Shown: positions 19,464-28,708 of the stretch, one piece after another | Layout: every line of letters starts with the position of its first letter | How positions within the stretch are numbered: position 1 is the stretch's first letter | Assembly (NCBI GenBank): GCA_041742825.1 | Contig: JBGTNX010000075.1 | Location: 9,960 to 73,959 of the forward strand | Length of the DNA stretch: 64,000 nucleotides | Source: Acidimicrobiia bacterium | GTDB taxonomy: Bacteria; Actinomycetota; Acidimicrobiia; Spongiisociales; ZC4RG35 | Direction: 5' to 3' | Made by a program: the position numbers and the translations under genes | Notes under the pieces: generated by a model | The model's database searches: none | The model's input: only the letters and a program-made list of their open reading frames with translations | What the model was told of the DNA's origin: nothing

Positions 19464-20369
19464 TCAACCGCGGAGGAGTGCCTCAACATCTCCGCGAGAC
19501 GGCATTCCGGCCTGAGCTCCGGCACGGGTCACGGCGAGTGCTCCGGCCGCGACCGAGAACCCAACTGCCTGCTCGATTTCGTCGCCACGGCTCAGGGAGT
19601 AGGCGAGGGCGCCACAGAACGCGTCACCGGCACCGGTCGGGTCCACCGCCTCGACGGGGTGTGACTCGAAGGTCACCACGGAGTCGTTGCCGACGAGCAT
19701 TGCCCCGTCGCTTCCCAACGTGACCACAGTGTCCCCGTTGGAGCGGACACTCCTGGCGGCAGCAGCAACGTCGTCGTTCCGGACGAACTCGTCCCTTCCG
19801 GCGAGCACGGAGAGCTCTGATCGGTTGGGGATCAGAACGTCGACCAGCTCGAGCAATTCGCCAGGAAGAGTTTGGGCCGGGGCCGGGTTCAGGCAGAAAA
19901 TCCCGGTGCACGCCTGTGCTGCCGCCAGGACCGACTCGACAGGAACCTCGAGCTGGGCGACGACAACAGTTGCTGCGGAGATCGCGGCGGCATGGCGGGC
20001 AATGACATCGGGCGTGAGGAGTCGGTTCGCCCCCGGGCTGACAACAATTGTGTTCTCAGCGTCTGAGTCCACGGTGATCACCGCAATTCCGGTGGAGGCT
20101 CCCCCGTCGATCTCGACAGGCGAGATGTCAACTCCCTCGTCGCCAAGCCCCGCCCGCATCGTCACTCCCAACTCATCGGTGCCGACAACGGCGACCAAAC
20201 CGACCCGGCCGCCCAGTCGGGCGACTGCAATTGCCTGGTTGGCCCCTTTCCCACCGGGACCGATGAAATGACGGGTACCGATGACGGTTTCACCCGATCG
20301 GGGAAGACGCGGGGTCATAACAGTGACGTCGTTGTTGACTGATCCGATGACAACCACGTCGAAGCCCAT
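19464..20369 (-). CDS. rbsK: Ribokinase (PfkB family)
   Basis: MGFDVVVIGSVNNDV, GGKGANQA and DPTGAGDAFCGAL (the PfkB anion hole). A TTG at 20423 is an alternative start. Confidence 0.85.
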   Translation of the reverse strand: MGFDVVVIGSVNNDVTVMTPRLPRSGETVIGTRHFIGPGGKGANQAIAVARLGGRVGLVAVVGTDELGVTMRAGLGDEGVDISPVEIDGGASTGIAVITVDSDAENTIVVSPGANRLLTPDVIARHAAAISAATVVVAQLEVPVESVLAAAQACTGIFCLNPAPAQTLPGELLELVDVLIPNRSELSVLAGRDEFVRNDDVAAAARSVRSNGDTVVTLGSDGAMLVGNDSVVTFESHPVEAVDPTGAGDAFCGALAYSLSRGDEIEQAVGFSVAAGALAVTRAGAQAGMPSRGDVEALLRG

Positions 20370-20442
20370 GGGTGGTGACGCTAACCGTGAGACGGCGCCT
20401 ACGGAAGGTTGAGCTCGGCCCAAACTGCCTGCGCCGGCTTAT

Positions 20443-21099
20443 CTACTCGAGGACGCCTTCGAGATCGAGGCTGATGCCGACCGTGGGGAGGAGGTCGACA
20501 TCGATGAGACCGGCGTACTCCCAGTGCCAGGGCTCGGCAGTGACACGGCCGCAATGCGCCCATGGTGGATGGACCCATCCAAATCGCGAAGCGTTCGATT
20601 GCAGCCAGATGAATCCCCGGTCCCGACATCCAAGCGTGCTGTTGCCCCCGGAGAAGTCAACTGCACGACCCCACCCGTGGTTCGAGTACCCGGGGCGCGC
20701 AGTGGGGGGGCCGCTGCATTCGCGAACAGATTTGGTGCCGACTTCGACCTGATCTCCGGTAATCGGATCAGGTCCGAATACCGCGGTGTCGACGTAGGGG
20801 CAGCGCCGGTTGAAGGCGCCTTTTTGCTCGTTGAAAGTGCGGTAACAATCGATGGGAGCGAGGTAAACACCATCGTTGGTGGCGGCCTCCATCAGGAGGG
20901 CGTAGGTGTATGCGGCGTCCCGTTCCAGAGTGCAGTTGTCGAACGTCATGAGACGTTCTCCGGTCATGTAGCCGTTCTTATAGCCGTCGATGACCAGGTC
21001 GAAGCTAAGGGCTTCATCACCGGCAGGGACGAGTTCGGTTGCGGCTGGGGAACCCGTGAGGGAAACGGCGAGGATGAGGGAAAGAATAAACATGAGCAA
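20443..21099 (-). CDS. Secreted peptidase M15 (VanY-like D-alanyl-D-alanine carboxypeptidase family)
   Basis: Signal peptide MFILSLILAVSLTG. Zn-ligand context is GYSNHGWGRAVDF ... EPWHWEY. Confidence 0.8.
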   Translation of the reverse strand: MLMFILSLILAVSLTGSPAATELVPAGDEALSFDLVIDGYKNGYMTGERLMTFDNCTLERDAAYTYALLMEAATNDGVYLAPIDCYRTFNEQKGAFNRRCPYVDTAVFGPDPITGDQVEVGTKSVRECSGPPTARPGYSNHGWGRAVDFSGGNSTLGCRDRGFIWLQSNASRFGWVHPPWAHCGRVTAEPWHWEYAGLIDVDLLPTVGISLDLEGVLE

Positions 21100-21113
21100 T
21101 CTTGTAGCTCATG
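21081..21113 (-). terminator. Putative clpC terminator hairpin overlapping the M15 peptidase start
   Basis: The minus strand reads CATGAGC-TACAAGATT-GCTCATG-TTTATTCTTT, a 7-bp stem followed by a T-rich tail. The ATG of the downstream gene lies in the 3' arm. Confidence 0.35.
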
Positions 21114-21139
21114 TCTATTCGGCTGTTCTGCCGGCTTCC

Positions 21140-23635
21140 TTAAGCCGTTCCGGACCCTTCGGTGCCGGCCAATTCGACCGGTGGGGTGTCCGTCGGGTTG
21201 AACGATTCGAAGGTGAGCTCTTCGTTTGCGGTTTCGAAACCGACAAGGATCGTCGAACCTGCCTTGAACTCGCCGAGCAACACCCTCTCCGAAAGCGGGT
21301 CTTCGAGGAGCCTCTGGATGGCCCGGCGGAGCGGCCTCGCCCCCAGCTCGGGGTCGTAACCCTGTTTTCCGAGATGCTCCTTGGCGTCGTCGGTGAGGAC
21401 CAGGTCGAGCTTCTGCGTCATCAGTTGGGTCCTGACCCGGGCCAGCATCAGGTCGACGATCTCCTTCAGCTCAGCCATCTCGAGTTCGTGGAAGACGATG
21501 ATGTCATCGATGCGGTTGATGAACTCGGGGCGGAAGTGCTTCTTCAGCTCGTCGGTGACCTTTTCCTTCATGTACTCGTAGTCCATCTGGTTGTCAGTTG
21601 CGTGGAAGCCGACCGCCTTCTTGTGAAGGTCTCTGGTACCGAGGTTCGAGGTCATGATGATGACTGTGTTCTTGAAGTCGACCATCCGACCCTGGGCATC
21701 GGTGAGTCGGCCTTCTTCGAGGATCTGGAGGAGTGTGTTGAACACATCAGGGTGGGCTTTTTCGATTTCATCGAAGAGAACCACCGAGAAGGGTTTGCGG
21801 CGCACCGCTTCGGTGAGCTGGCCACCTTCGTCGTAACCGACGTATCCGGGGGGTGAGCCCACCAGTCGGCTGACCGTGTGCTTCTCCATGTACTCGGACA
21901 TGTCGAGTTGGATGAGTGCGTCTTCCTGACCGAACAGGAACTCGGTCAACGCCTTTGCGGTCTCGGTCTTGCCGACCCCCGATGGGCCGAGGAAGATGAA
22001 TGAACCGGCCGGACGGCGCGGGTCCTTGAGCCCGGCCCGGGTGCGGCGGATCGCCTTGGAGACTGCCTCGATGGCGTCGTGCTGGCCGATGATCCTCTTG
22101 TGGAGCTCCGACTCCATCTGGATGAGACGGGCTGTCTCTTCGTCAGTGAGGCGATGAACAGGGATGCCGGTCCACTGGGCGAGGACTTCTGCAATCCCCT
22201 CTTCGTCGATGACCCATCCGCCTTCGGCGTTTGCCGCTTCGCGGTCGGCCCGCTCCGAGAGAAGGCCGCGCTCCTGGTCGCGCAGGGTTGCTGCCCGCTC
22301 GTAGTTCTCGGTGCCAACAGCATCCTGTTTGTCGAGACGGACCGAAGACAGCTGCACGTCGAGCTCGAGGATTTCGGGGTCGTCGCTGGGGCGGTGGATC
22401 CGGGTGCGGGAGCCGGCCTCGTCGATGAGGTCGATTGCCTTGTCCGGAAGGAACCGGTCGGCGAGGTAGCGGTCGGCGAGATTGGCCGCCGAGACGATGG
22501 CCTGGTCGGTGAAGCGCACTGAGTGATGGGCCTCGTAGCGGTCCTTCAAACCGAGCAGGATCTGGATGGTGTCAGCGACGGACGGCTCTTCGACCTGGAC
22601 CGGTTGGAAGCGGCGCTCGAGGGCTGAGTCCTTCTCGAGGTACTTGCGGTACTCCTCGAGAGTCGTAGCCCCTACCGTCTGCAGTTCGCCGCGGGCGAGC
22701 ATCGGCTTGAGGATGGAGGCGGCGTCGATGGCGCCTTCGGCGGCACCGGCTCCGACCAGGGTGTGGATCTCGTCGATGAAGAGGATGATGTCCCCCCGGT
22801 TCTTGATTTCCTTGAGGACCTTCTTCAGGCGCTCTTCGAAATCACCCCGGTAGCGCGACCCGGCGACGAGCGCACCGAGGTCGAGCGTGTAGAGGCTCTT
22901 GCCGTCGAGGTTCTCCGGCACTTCTTTGGCGATGATCTTCTGAGCGAGACCTTCGACGATCGCGGTCTTGCCCACGCCCGGCTCACCGATGAGGACGGGG
23001 TTGTTCTTGGTCCGGCGGGAGAGGATCTGCATCACTCGTTCGATCTCACGCTGGCGCCCGATGACCGGGTCGAGTTTTCCTTCCCGGGCCAGCCCGGTGA
23101 GGTTGCGGCCGAACTGGTCGAGGACCGTCGAGCCCGAAGACGAGGCTTCGCGGCTCCCGCTGGAACCTGCGGGCTGTGGCCCCTGCTCCTCGCTGCCACC
23201 GGGGCCGGAGAGAAGCTGAATGACCGTCTGACGAACTTTTTGGAGTTCGGCGCCGAGTTGCTGGAGGACCTGGGCGGCAACTCCTTCGCCTTCCCGGATG
23301 AGGCCGAGGAGGATGTGCTCGGTCCCGATGTAGTTGTGTCCGAGCTGGAGCGCTTCGCGGAGACTGAGCTCGAGGACTTTCTTGGCCCTAGGGGTGAACG
23401 GGATGTGACCCGATGGCGACTGCTTCCCCTGGCCGATGATCTTGACTACTTCTTCGCGCACCGAGGCGAGGTCGATGTCGAGGCTCTCGAGAGCCTGGGC
23501 GGCGATGCCCTCGCCTTCGTTGAGCAAACCGAGGAGAATGTGCTCGGTACCTATGTAGTTGTGATTTAGTAACCGAGCCTCTTCCTGGGCCAGGACGACC
23601 ACACGGCGGGCACGGTCTGTGAACCGTTCAAACAC
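21140..23635 (-). CDS. clpC: ATP-dependent Clp protease ATP-binding subunit ClpC
   Basis: Two Clp_N repeats ([18 protein letters not shown] twice). Both AAA+ modules are present (GEPGVGKTA; GPSGVGKTE), along with a UVR-like linker and the C-terminal D2-small domain. Confidence 0.97.
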   Translation of the reverse strand: MFERFTDRARRVVVLAQEEARLLNHNYIGTEHILLGLLNEGEGIAAQALESLDIDLASVREEVVKIIGQGKQSPSGHIPFTPRAKKVLELSLREALQLGHNYIGTEHILLGLIREGEGVAAQVLQQLGAELQKVRQTVIQLLSGPGGSEEQGPQPAGSSGSREASSSGSTVLDQFGRNLTGLAREGKLDPVIGRQREIERVMQILSRRTKNNPVLIGEPGVGKTAIVEGLAQKIIAKEVPENLDGKSLYTLDLGALVAGSRYRGDFEERLKKVLKEIKNRGDIILFIDEIHTLVGAGAAEGAIDAASILKPMLARGELQTVGATTLEEYRKYLEKDSALERRFQPVQVEEPSVADTIQILLGLKDRYEAHHSVRFTDQAIVSAANLADRYLADRFLPDKAIDLIDEAGSRTRIHRPSDDPEILELDVQLSSVRLDKQDAVGTENYERAATLRDQERGLLSERADREAANAEGGWVIDEEGIAEVLAQWTGIPVHRLTDEETARLIQMESELHKRIIGQHDAIEAVSKAIRRTRAGLKDPRRPAGSFIFLGPSGVGKTETAKALTEFLFGQEDALIQLDMSEYMEKHTVSRLVGSPPGYVGYDEGGQLTEAVRRKPFSVVLFDEIEKAHPDVFNTLLQILEEGRLTDAQGRMVDFKNTVIIMTSNLGTRDLHKKAVGFHATDNQMDYEYMKEKVTDELKKHFRPEFINRIDDIIVFHELEMAELKEIVDLMLARVRTQLMTQKLDLVLTDDAKEHLGKQGYDPELGARPLRRAIQRLLEDPLSERVLLGEFKAGSTILVGFETANEELTFESFNPTDTPPVELAGTEGSGTA

Positions 23636-23737
23636 CTTTAACTCCTATTCCTGGCATACCCGAGTTTACCATCGACCACATCTTTCCTAACTGACCTGAA
23701 TCCTGCTCCGACAAACTGCGTAATACCATCGGCACCA

Positions 23738-24727
23738 ATGGACGACCTCCAAAGCATCATTCGTATTCCCCGAATCTGGGACTCCCTCGCCAGGGTCGAG
23801 GAGAGACTGCTGGAAGCGGCCACGGCTGATGACGCCTACCTGACCAAAATCGCGCAGCACCTGTTGCTCGCAGGAGGCAAGAGGTTCCGCCCCTTGCTCG
23901 CCCTTCTCGCCGCCGAGTTCGGGCCACGTGACGACGGCCGGCCCGTCGAAGCTGCGGTGTCAGTCGAACTGATCCATGTCGGCTCGCTCTATCACGACGA
24001 CGTCATCGACGAGTCCGATACCCGACGCGGGGCGACATCGGTCAACGCCAACTGGTCGAACACGGTGGCAATCCTCGCCGGGGACTTCCTGATGGCCCGG
24101 GCGTCTGAAGTGGCGGCCACCCATCTGAGCCAGGAGTCGGTCCGTCTCCTCGCTGCCACCTATGCCGAGCTGGTCGAGGGCCAGACCCGTGAGCTGCAGC
24201 TCGAGGGCGACTTCACCCACGGTTACCAAGAGTACGAGAAAGTGATCGGCGGGAAGACTGCGTCACTGGTGCGGACCTCGGCCCGCCTCGGAGCCATGGC
24301 TGCCGACGCCCCTCCCGAGACGGTCGAAGCCCTCTCCACCTGGGGCTGGGAGGTGGGCATGGTCTTCCAGATCGCCGACGACGCCCTCGACCTGGTCGCC
24401 GACGAATCCACGATCGGCAAGCCCGCCGGATCCGACATCCGCGAGGGCACTTTCACCATGCCGGTCCTGGCAGCGGCAGCCGGCCCCTACGGGGAACGGA
24501 TTCGAGAGCTTCTGAAGCCCGGCATCCCCTACGACGACGCCGCAGTCAACGAAGTCATCTCCCTGGTCCGCAGCGGCGGCCACATCGAAGACGCTCTGAC
24601 TGCAGCCACCGACCGCCTCACCAAAGCCGATGCCGCCCTCGCATCAATACAACCAGGCCCCGCCAACGAGATCCTCACCGAGCTCGGCAGCTTCCTGCTG
24701 GCAAGAGTCGAGCGAGCACGGGACTAG
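23738..24727 (+). CDS. Polyprenyl diphosphate synthase (trans-IPPS, long-chain type)
   Basis: First and second Asp-rich motifs LYHDDVIDESDTRRG and IADDALD. Confidence 0.9.
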   Translation: MDDLQSIIRIPRIWDSLARVEERLLEAATADDAYLTKIAQHLLLAGGKRFRPLLALLAAEFGPRDDGRPVEAAVSVELIHVGSLYHDDVIDESDTRRGATSVNANWSNTVAILAGDFLMARASEVAATHLSQESVRLLAATYAELVEGQTRELQLEGDFTHGYQEYEKVIGGKTASLVRTSARLGAMAADAPPETVEALSTWGWEVGMVFQIADDALDLVADESTIGKPAGSDIREGTFTMPVLAAAAGPYGERIRELLKPGIPYDDAAVNEVISLVRSGGHIEDALTAATDRLTKADAALASIQPGPANEILTELGSFLLARVERARD

Positions 24728-24744
24728 CGCACCTCGCTATGTCA

Positions 24745-25031
24745 TCTCTCCCTCCGCTTGCGGAGGGAGTACCGGCGACGAAGGGGCCGGGGAGGGTGGG
24801 GCGATCCCACCAACGGCACTCGAGCTCCCAGCCCGAGGAGACCTCTCCCTCCTACCTTTCTCCGCATGCGGGAGGACAGTCGATAGGCGCGAGGACCGCA
24901 ACACGGAGCGGCAGCTCTGGCCGACCGGCGTCTGTTCGACCAGCATCACCCAACCGGGCGCGATAACCGAGGGTGGTCCCCCAAGCGGAGATCAGATTGT
25001 TGACCAGGTAGCAACAGCGTCGAAGTCGGCC
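24745..25031 (+). repeat. Intergenic modular repeat, full-length copy A
   Basis: Parts in order: perfect hairpin CTCCCTCCGC-TT-GCGGAGGGAG (24748-24769); box CACTCGAGCTCCC (24817-24829); TCTCCCTCCTACCT plus a second hairpin; core GGAGCGGCAGC..GGCCGACCGGCGTCTGT.CGAC.AGCATCACCC; and tail CGTCGAAGTCGGCC. The first half recurs at 44475-44579 (inverted) and the second half at 53944-54165. Confidence 0.8.
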
Positions 25032-25036
25032 AGCAG

Positions 25037-26515
25037 TTAAAGAGGTCGCAGCGTCGGGAACAGGATTACTTCTCTTATGTGGGTTTGATCGGTCAGGAGC
25101 ATCACGAGGCGGTCGACTCCAATGCCGAGGCCTCCGGTTGGGGGCAGTCCGTATTCAAGGGCTTCTATGTAGTCGGTGTCGATGGGGTGGGCCTCGGCGT
25201 CGCCGGCCTCACGGGCAGCTGCCTGTGCCTCGAATCTGGCCAACTGGTCGGCGGCGTCGTTGAGTTCGCTGAAGGCATTGGCGTACTCGGCTCCCGCTAT
25301 CACCAGCTCAAAGCGGTCGGCGAGACGGGTGTCGGTCGCATTGCGGCGGGAGAGCGGTGACACTTCAACGGGATAATGGGTCACGAAGGTGGGCTCCCAG
25401 ATCGTCGGTTCGACCTTCTCGTCATAGATCTCGAAGATCAGCCTCCCCGGCCCCCACCCATCTTCAGCTTCGATACCCGCACCCCGGGCCAACTCGACGA
25501 GCCTATCGCTGGGGGTATCCAGACTCACTTCCTCACCAAGTGCCGTCGAGACGAGTTCGGTCATCGCCTCCCGCCGAAATGGCGTCGCCAGCGACAGCGG
25601 CTTGCCGTCATATGTGATTTCGGTGGCACCGGTCGCAGCGACAGCAACGGCGGCGATCACCTCCTCGACCAGGACCATGATGTCCTCGTAGTCGGCAAGG
25701 GCCTGGTACGCCTCGAGCATGGTGAACTCGGGATTGTGCGTCGAGTCGATCCCCTCATTGCGGAAGATCCTCCCGATCTCGAACACACGCTCCAGGCCTC
25801 CGACGACGAGCCGCTTCAGATGCAACTCGGTGGCAATTCTCAAGAACATGTCCACGTCGAGTGCGTGATGATTGGTCGCAAATGGCTTCGCCGTTGCACC
25901 TGTCGCCTGGGAGAGAAGGATCGGGGTCTCGACCTCGACGAACCCTCGATGTTCGAACTGCCTGCGCAACTCCGAGAGGATCTTTGCCCGCTTGAGGGCG
26001 ACGTCCCGTGCCTCTTCATTGACCATGAGGTCGAGGTAGCGCCGCCGGCTCCGCTGTTCGACATCCTGCAGTCCGTGGAACTTGTCCGGCAGCGGCCGAA
26101 GGCTCTTTTGGAGGATGACGAAGTCATCGACCTGCACGCTGAGCTCACCCTTCCGGGTGGTCATAACAGTTCCCGAGGCACCCACCCAGTCGCCGAGGTC
26201 GACCCGCCCGAACTCGGCAGCGAGGTCGTCGCCGATGTGGCCGCGGTCGACGAACAGCTGAATGGTCCCGGTCATGTCCCTGACCGTTGCGAACTGAAGC
26301 TTGCCGAACGAGCGGTGCAGCATCACCCTGCCCGCAACGGCTACCCGGTCTTCGGTATGTGCTCCCGGCTCGAGCCCTTCGAACTTCTCGTTGATATCAG
26401 ATGCCCAGACCGAACGCTCGAACCGGGTCGGATAGCCCGCTCCGTCGACGATCTCCTGGTGGTGCTCCTGGCGCGTCGCCTGCAGGGCTTCTGGTGGTTC
26501 GTTTGCTTCGGTCAA
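25037..26515 (-). CDS. lysS: Lysine--tRNA ligase (class II)
   Basis: OB-fold N-terminal domain ([19 protein letters not shown]) and class II core motifs ([27 protein letters not shown]). Confidence 0.96.
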   Translation of the reverse strand: MTEANEPPEALQATRQEHHQEIVDGAGYPTRFERSVWASDINEKFEGLEPGAHTEDRVAVAGRVMLHRSFGKLQFATVRDMTGTIQLFVDRGHIGDDLAAEFGRVDLGDWVGASGTVMTTRKGELSVQVDDFVILQKSLRPLPDKFHGLQDVEQRSRRRYLDLMVNEEARDVALKRAKILSELRRQFEHRGFVEVETPILLSQATGATAKPFATNHHALDVDMFLRIATELHLKRLVVGGLERVFEIGRIFRNEGIDSTHNPEFTMLEAYQALADYEDIMVLVEEVIAAVAVAATGATEITYDGKPLSLATPFRREAMTELVSTALGEEVSLDTPSDRLVELARGAGIEAEDGWGPGRLIFEIYDEKVEPTIWEPTFVTHYPVEVSPLSRRNATDTRLADRFELVIAGAEYANAFSELNDAADQLARFEAQAAAREAGDAEAHPIDTDYIEALEYGLPPTGGLGIGVDRLVMLLTDQTHIREVILFPTLRPL

Positions 26516-26533
26516 GAGGTCCCTAACTGGCGG

Positions 26534-27421
26534 TCAGTGCAGCGTACCGAGACGGCTCGGCTCTTCGAGAATCATCCCCCTGTCGGGTTTGGCTTTGCCA
26601 TTGACCCACTCGATGGAGAGGTTGTCGATCAGACGGACCTCGCCGACATGGGCGGCAACTGCGAGCACCGCCGGACCGTCGAGGACAGATACCGGCTCCA
26701 TGGTGTCGGCCGCAACCAGTTCCACGTAGTCGGTGCCAAGCCTTGTCATCGAGCGCGAGACGGTCCCTTCGAGGCGGGCCGGGTCCCTCTCCCCTGCTTC
26801 GATCTGCATCGCCGCCTGGAACAGGCCGCGGCTGATCGCGAGAGCAGCCTCCCTGTCGGCCGGGGTGAGCCTGACATTGCGACTGGAGAGAGCCAGCCCA
26901 TCCGGATCGCGGACGAGGGGGGCGGCAACGATCTCGACCGGGAAGCGGAGGTCGGTGACCATGCCCTTCAACACGGCGATCTGCTGGGCGTCTTTCTTGC
27001 CAAAAACCGCGACATCGGGGCGGAGGCCTGCGAATAGTTTCGCGACAACAGTTGCCACGCCGACGAAATGGGACGGGCGGTACTTCCCTTCCATCCCCAG
27101 GGCTACGGCGCCAACGGTGACCTCGGTCGACGAACCGGGGGGATAGACCTCCTCGACCGAAGGGACGAAGTGGATGTCGGCTCCATGCTCAGCCGCCATC
27201 TCACCGTCGCGCTCGACATCGCGGGGGTAGGCAGCGAGGTCGGCCTCCTTGTCGAACTGGGTCGGGTTCACGAAGTTGGAGACAACAAGCGTGTCACACT
27301 GCCCCCGGAGCAGGTCCATCAAAGAGAGGTGGCCTTCATGGAAGTACCCCATCGTGGGGAGCAGTCCAATCCGCCCTTTGTAGAGCGCCCTGGTATCGGC
27401 GAAGGTCTCGACTATTTCCAA
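26534..27421 (-). CDS. panC: Pantoate--beta-alanine ligase
   Basis: PTMGYFHEGHLSL, FVNPTQF and KKDAQQ. Confidence 0.95.
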   Translation of the reverse strand: MEIVETFADTRALYKGRIGLLPTMGYFHEGHLSLMDLLRGQCDTLVVSNFVNPTQFDKEADLAAYPRDVERDGEMAAEHGADIHFVPSVEEVYPPGSSTEVTVGAVALGMEGKYRPSHFVGVATVVAKLFAGLRPDVAVFGKKDAQQIAVLKGMVTDLRFPVEIVAAPLVRDPDGLALSSRNVRLTPADREAALAISRGLFQAAMQIEAGERDPARLEGTVSRSMTRLGTDYVELVAADTMEPVSVLDGPAVLAVAAHVGEVRLIDNLSIEWVNGKAKPDRGMILEEPSRLGTLH

Positions 27422-28203
27422 TCTTTCACCTCGTTGAAACGGCCCGCAAGTATCGCAGTTGCCTCAGCCATCAGGCGAAACTGCGTGCCGACAGACTCCG
27501 AAACCTGATGGGCCGCCACCAGATGGCCGACCACCGTGTCGGTGTCGCCCCTGGCGATCGGCCCGGTGAGAGATTGCCGGCCGCCCGCCTCGAACACGTT
27601 GTCGACAACCCTGGATACGAGGGGCCCGGCGACGTCAGGTTCGATACCGGCAGCTTCGTAGAGATCGGATGCTGTCGCCAGGGCGGTCACGACGAAGTTG
27701 GCTGCTGCCGCTGAGGCGGCGTGATAGAGCGGCCGCACTGCGTCAGCGAGGGCAAACGGCTTCATATCCAAAGAGATGGCGAAAAGGATCAGAGTGTCCT
27801 CGGCGAGGTCATCGCCACCTATGCCCACATAGGAGTCGGCGAGCGCCGCGGCGCCGCGCTCGGGATCGGGAAGGGTCTGGAGCGGGTGGAAACCGCCGAT
27901 TGAGACGCCCGGAGACGCCAGAGGCTGGAGGGCGGTGACCGGGACAAAACCGGAGACATGGGCAACCACAGCGCTGTCACCCAATTTGCCGGCCAACGAG
28001 TTTGCGACCGATTCGATCTGGTCGTCCTTGACGCAGATCAGAACGAGGTCGGCCGATGGCAATGCGTCGTCGATGGCCAGCGGTGGACCGAGTCGGTCAT
28101 CGCCAGACCGCGAAACGACGCCGACGATTTCGTGTTCGGCAGCGCGGGCGGCCCGCGCGATCGATCCTCCGGCCCGCCCGGGGCCGACGATCACCAACCG
28201 CAT
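27412..28203 (-). CDS. Rossmann-fold NAD(P)-binding protein (DUF2520-like)
   Basis: N-terminal MRLVIVGPGRAGGS dinucleotide-binding motif. The position upstream of panC is as in other actinobacterial pan/fol clusters. Confidence 0.7.
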   Translation of the reverse strand: MRLVIVGPGRAGGSIARAARAAEHEIVGVVSRSGDDRLGPPLAIDDALPSADLVLICVKDDQIESVANSLAGKLGDSAVVAHVSGFVPVTALQPLASPGVSIGGFHPLQTLPDPERGAAALADSYVGIGGDDLAEDTLILFAISLDMKPFALADAVRPLYHAASAAAANFVVTALATASDLYEAAGIEPDVAGPLVSRVVDNVFEAGGRQSLTGPIARGDTDTVVGHLVAAHQVSESVGTQFRLMAEATAILAGRFNEVKDWK

Positions 28204-28251
28204 CGATTACCTGTCACCTGCGCAAGGGTAGCGGTCGGGGTGTTTGGCTAT

Positions 28252-28590
28252 TTAGGGCTGGTAGTGACGCAACTGCTCGGAGGTGATCACCGGCCAACTC
28301 GAATCGAGGTCTGCCTTCATGTCTTGATAACGGTCCCTCCGCTTCCAAAACTTTGTCTTCCAGACCCGGAAGCGCTTGGACGGGGCGGCTGTCACCGCGG
28401 GGACTTCGGGTGTCCTGCTCCGACGTACCTCGGGCAACCCGACGACTTCTTCGGGGTCGTCGACCATGTGCAGCATCTGATGTGCGGCATGGCGTACCCG
28501 ACGGTGCTCCTGTGTGCGCTCGTCACGCGAAGGACGGCTTTCGTCATAGCCGGGGATCTGGTTGCGATTTTTGCGGGACCGTTTGGCCAT
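28252..28590 (-). CDS. Small highly basic hypothetical protein
   Basis: 112-aa ORF preceded by ACAGGAGGTTCATTTAG-ATG (a strong SD). Arg/Lys-rich with no recognised motif. Confidence 0.55.
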   Translation of the reverse strand: MAKRSRKNRNQIPGYDESRPSRDERTQEHRRVRHAAHQMLHMVDDPEEVVGLPEVRRSRTPEVPAVTAAPSKRFRVWKTKFWKRRDRYQDMKADLDSSWPVITSEQLRHYQP

Positions 28591-28708
28591 CTAAATGAAC
28601 CTCCTGTGTTCTGATCGAATCAGTTCGCAGAAGGAGCGTCGGCGGGCCGCGGCCTCTTCGCATATTTCAAAGCTAGCACGAGTCGCGATGTCGGGGTAGA
28701 GGCGAGGG

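Noticed and set aside
19430-19466. Selenocysteine (UGA + SECIS) reading of the rbsK stop
   Set aside because: I found no convincing stem-loop immediately 3' of the UGA, and a Sec residue in an inter-domain linker makes no biochemical sense. Genetic-code reassignment is also rejected, because many well-supported genes in the window end in TGA.
23636-23737. ClgR-type operator upstream of clpC
   Set aside because: I looked for a CGC-N5-GCG-like palindrome and found only a partial match (TTACGCAGTTTGTCGGA).
25376-27037. 553-aa plus-strand ORF
   Set aside because: It is antisense to lysS and panC, both of which carry unmistakable family motifs. Its own product is low-complexity and Arg/Gly/Pro-rich with no motifs. 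This is a typical high-GC shadow ORF. The same reasoning rejects 57683..59473(-), 34062..35495(+), 46903..48195(+), 41038..41991(+), 59495..60526(-) and the many shorter antisense ORFs in the track.
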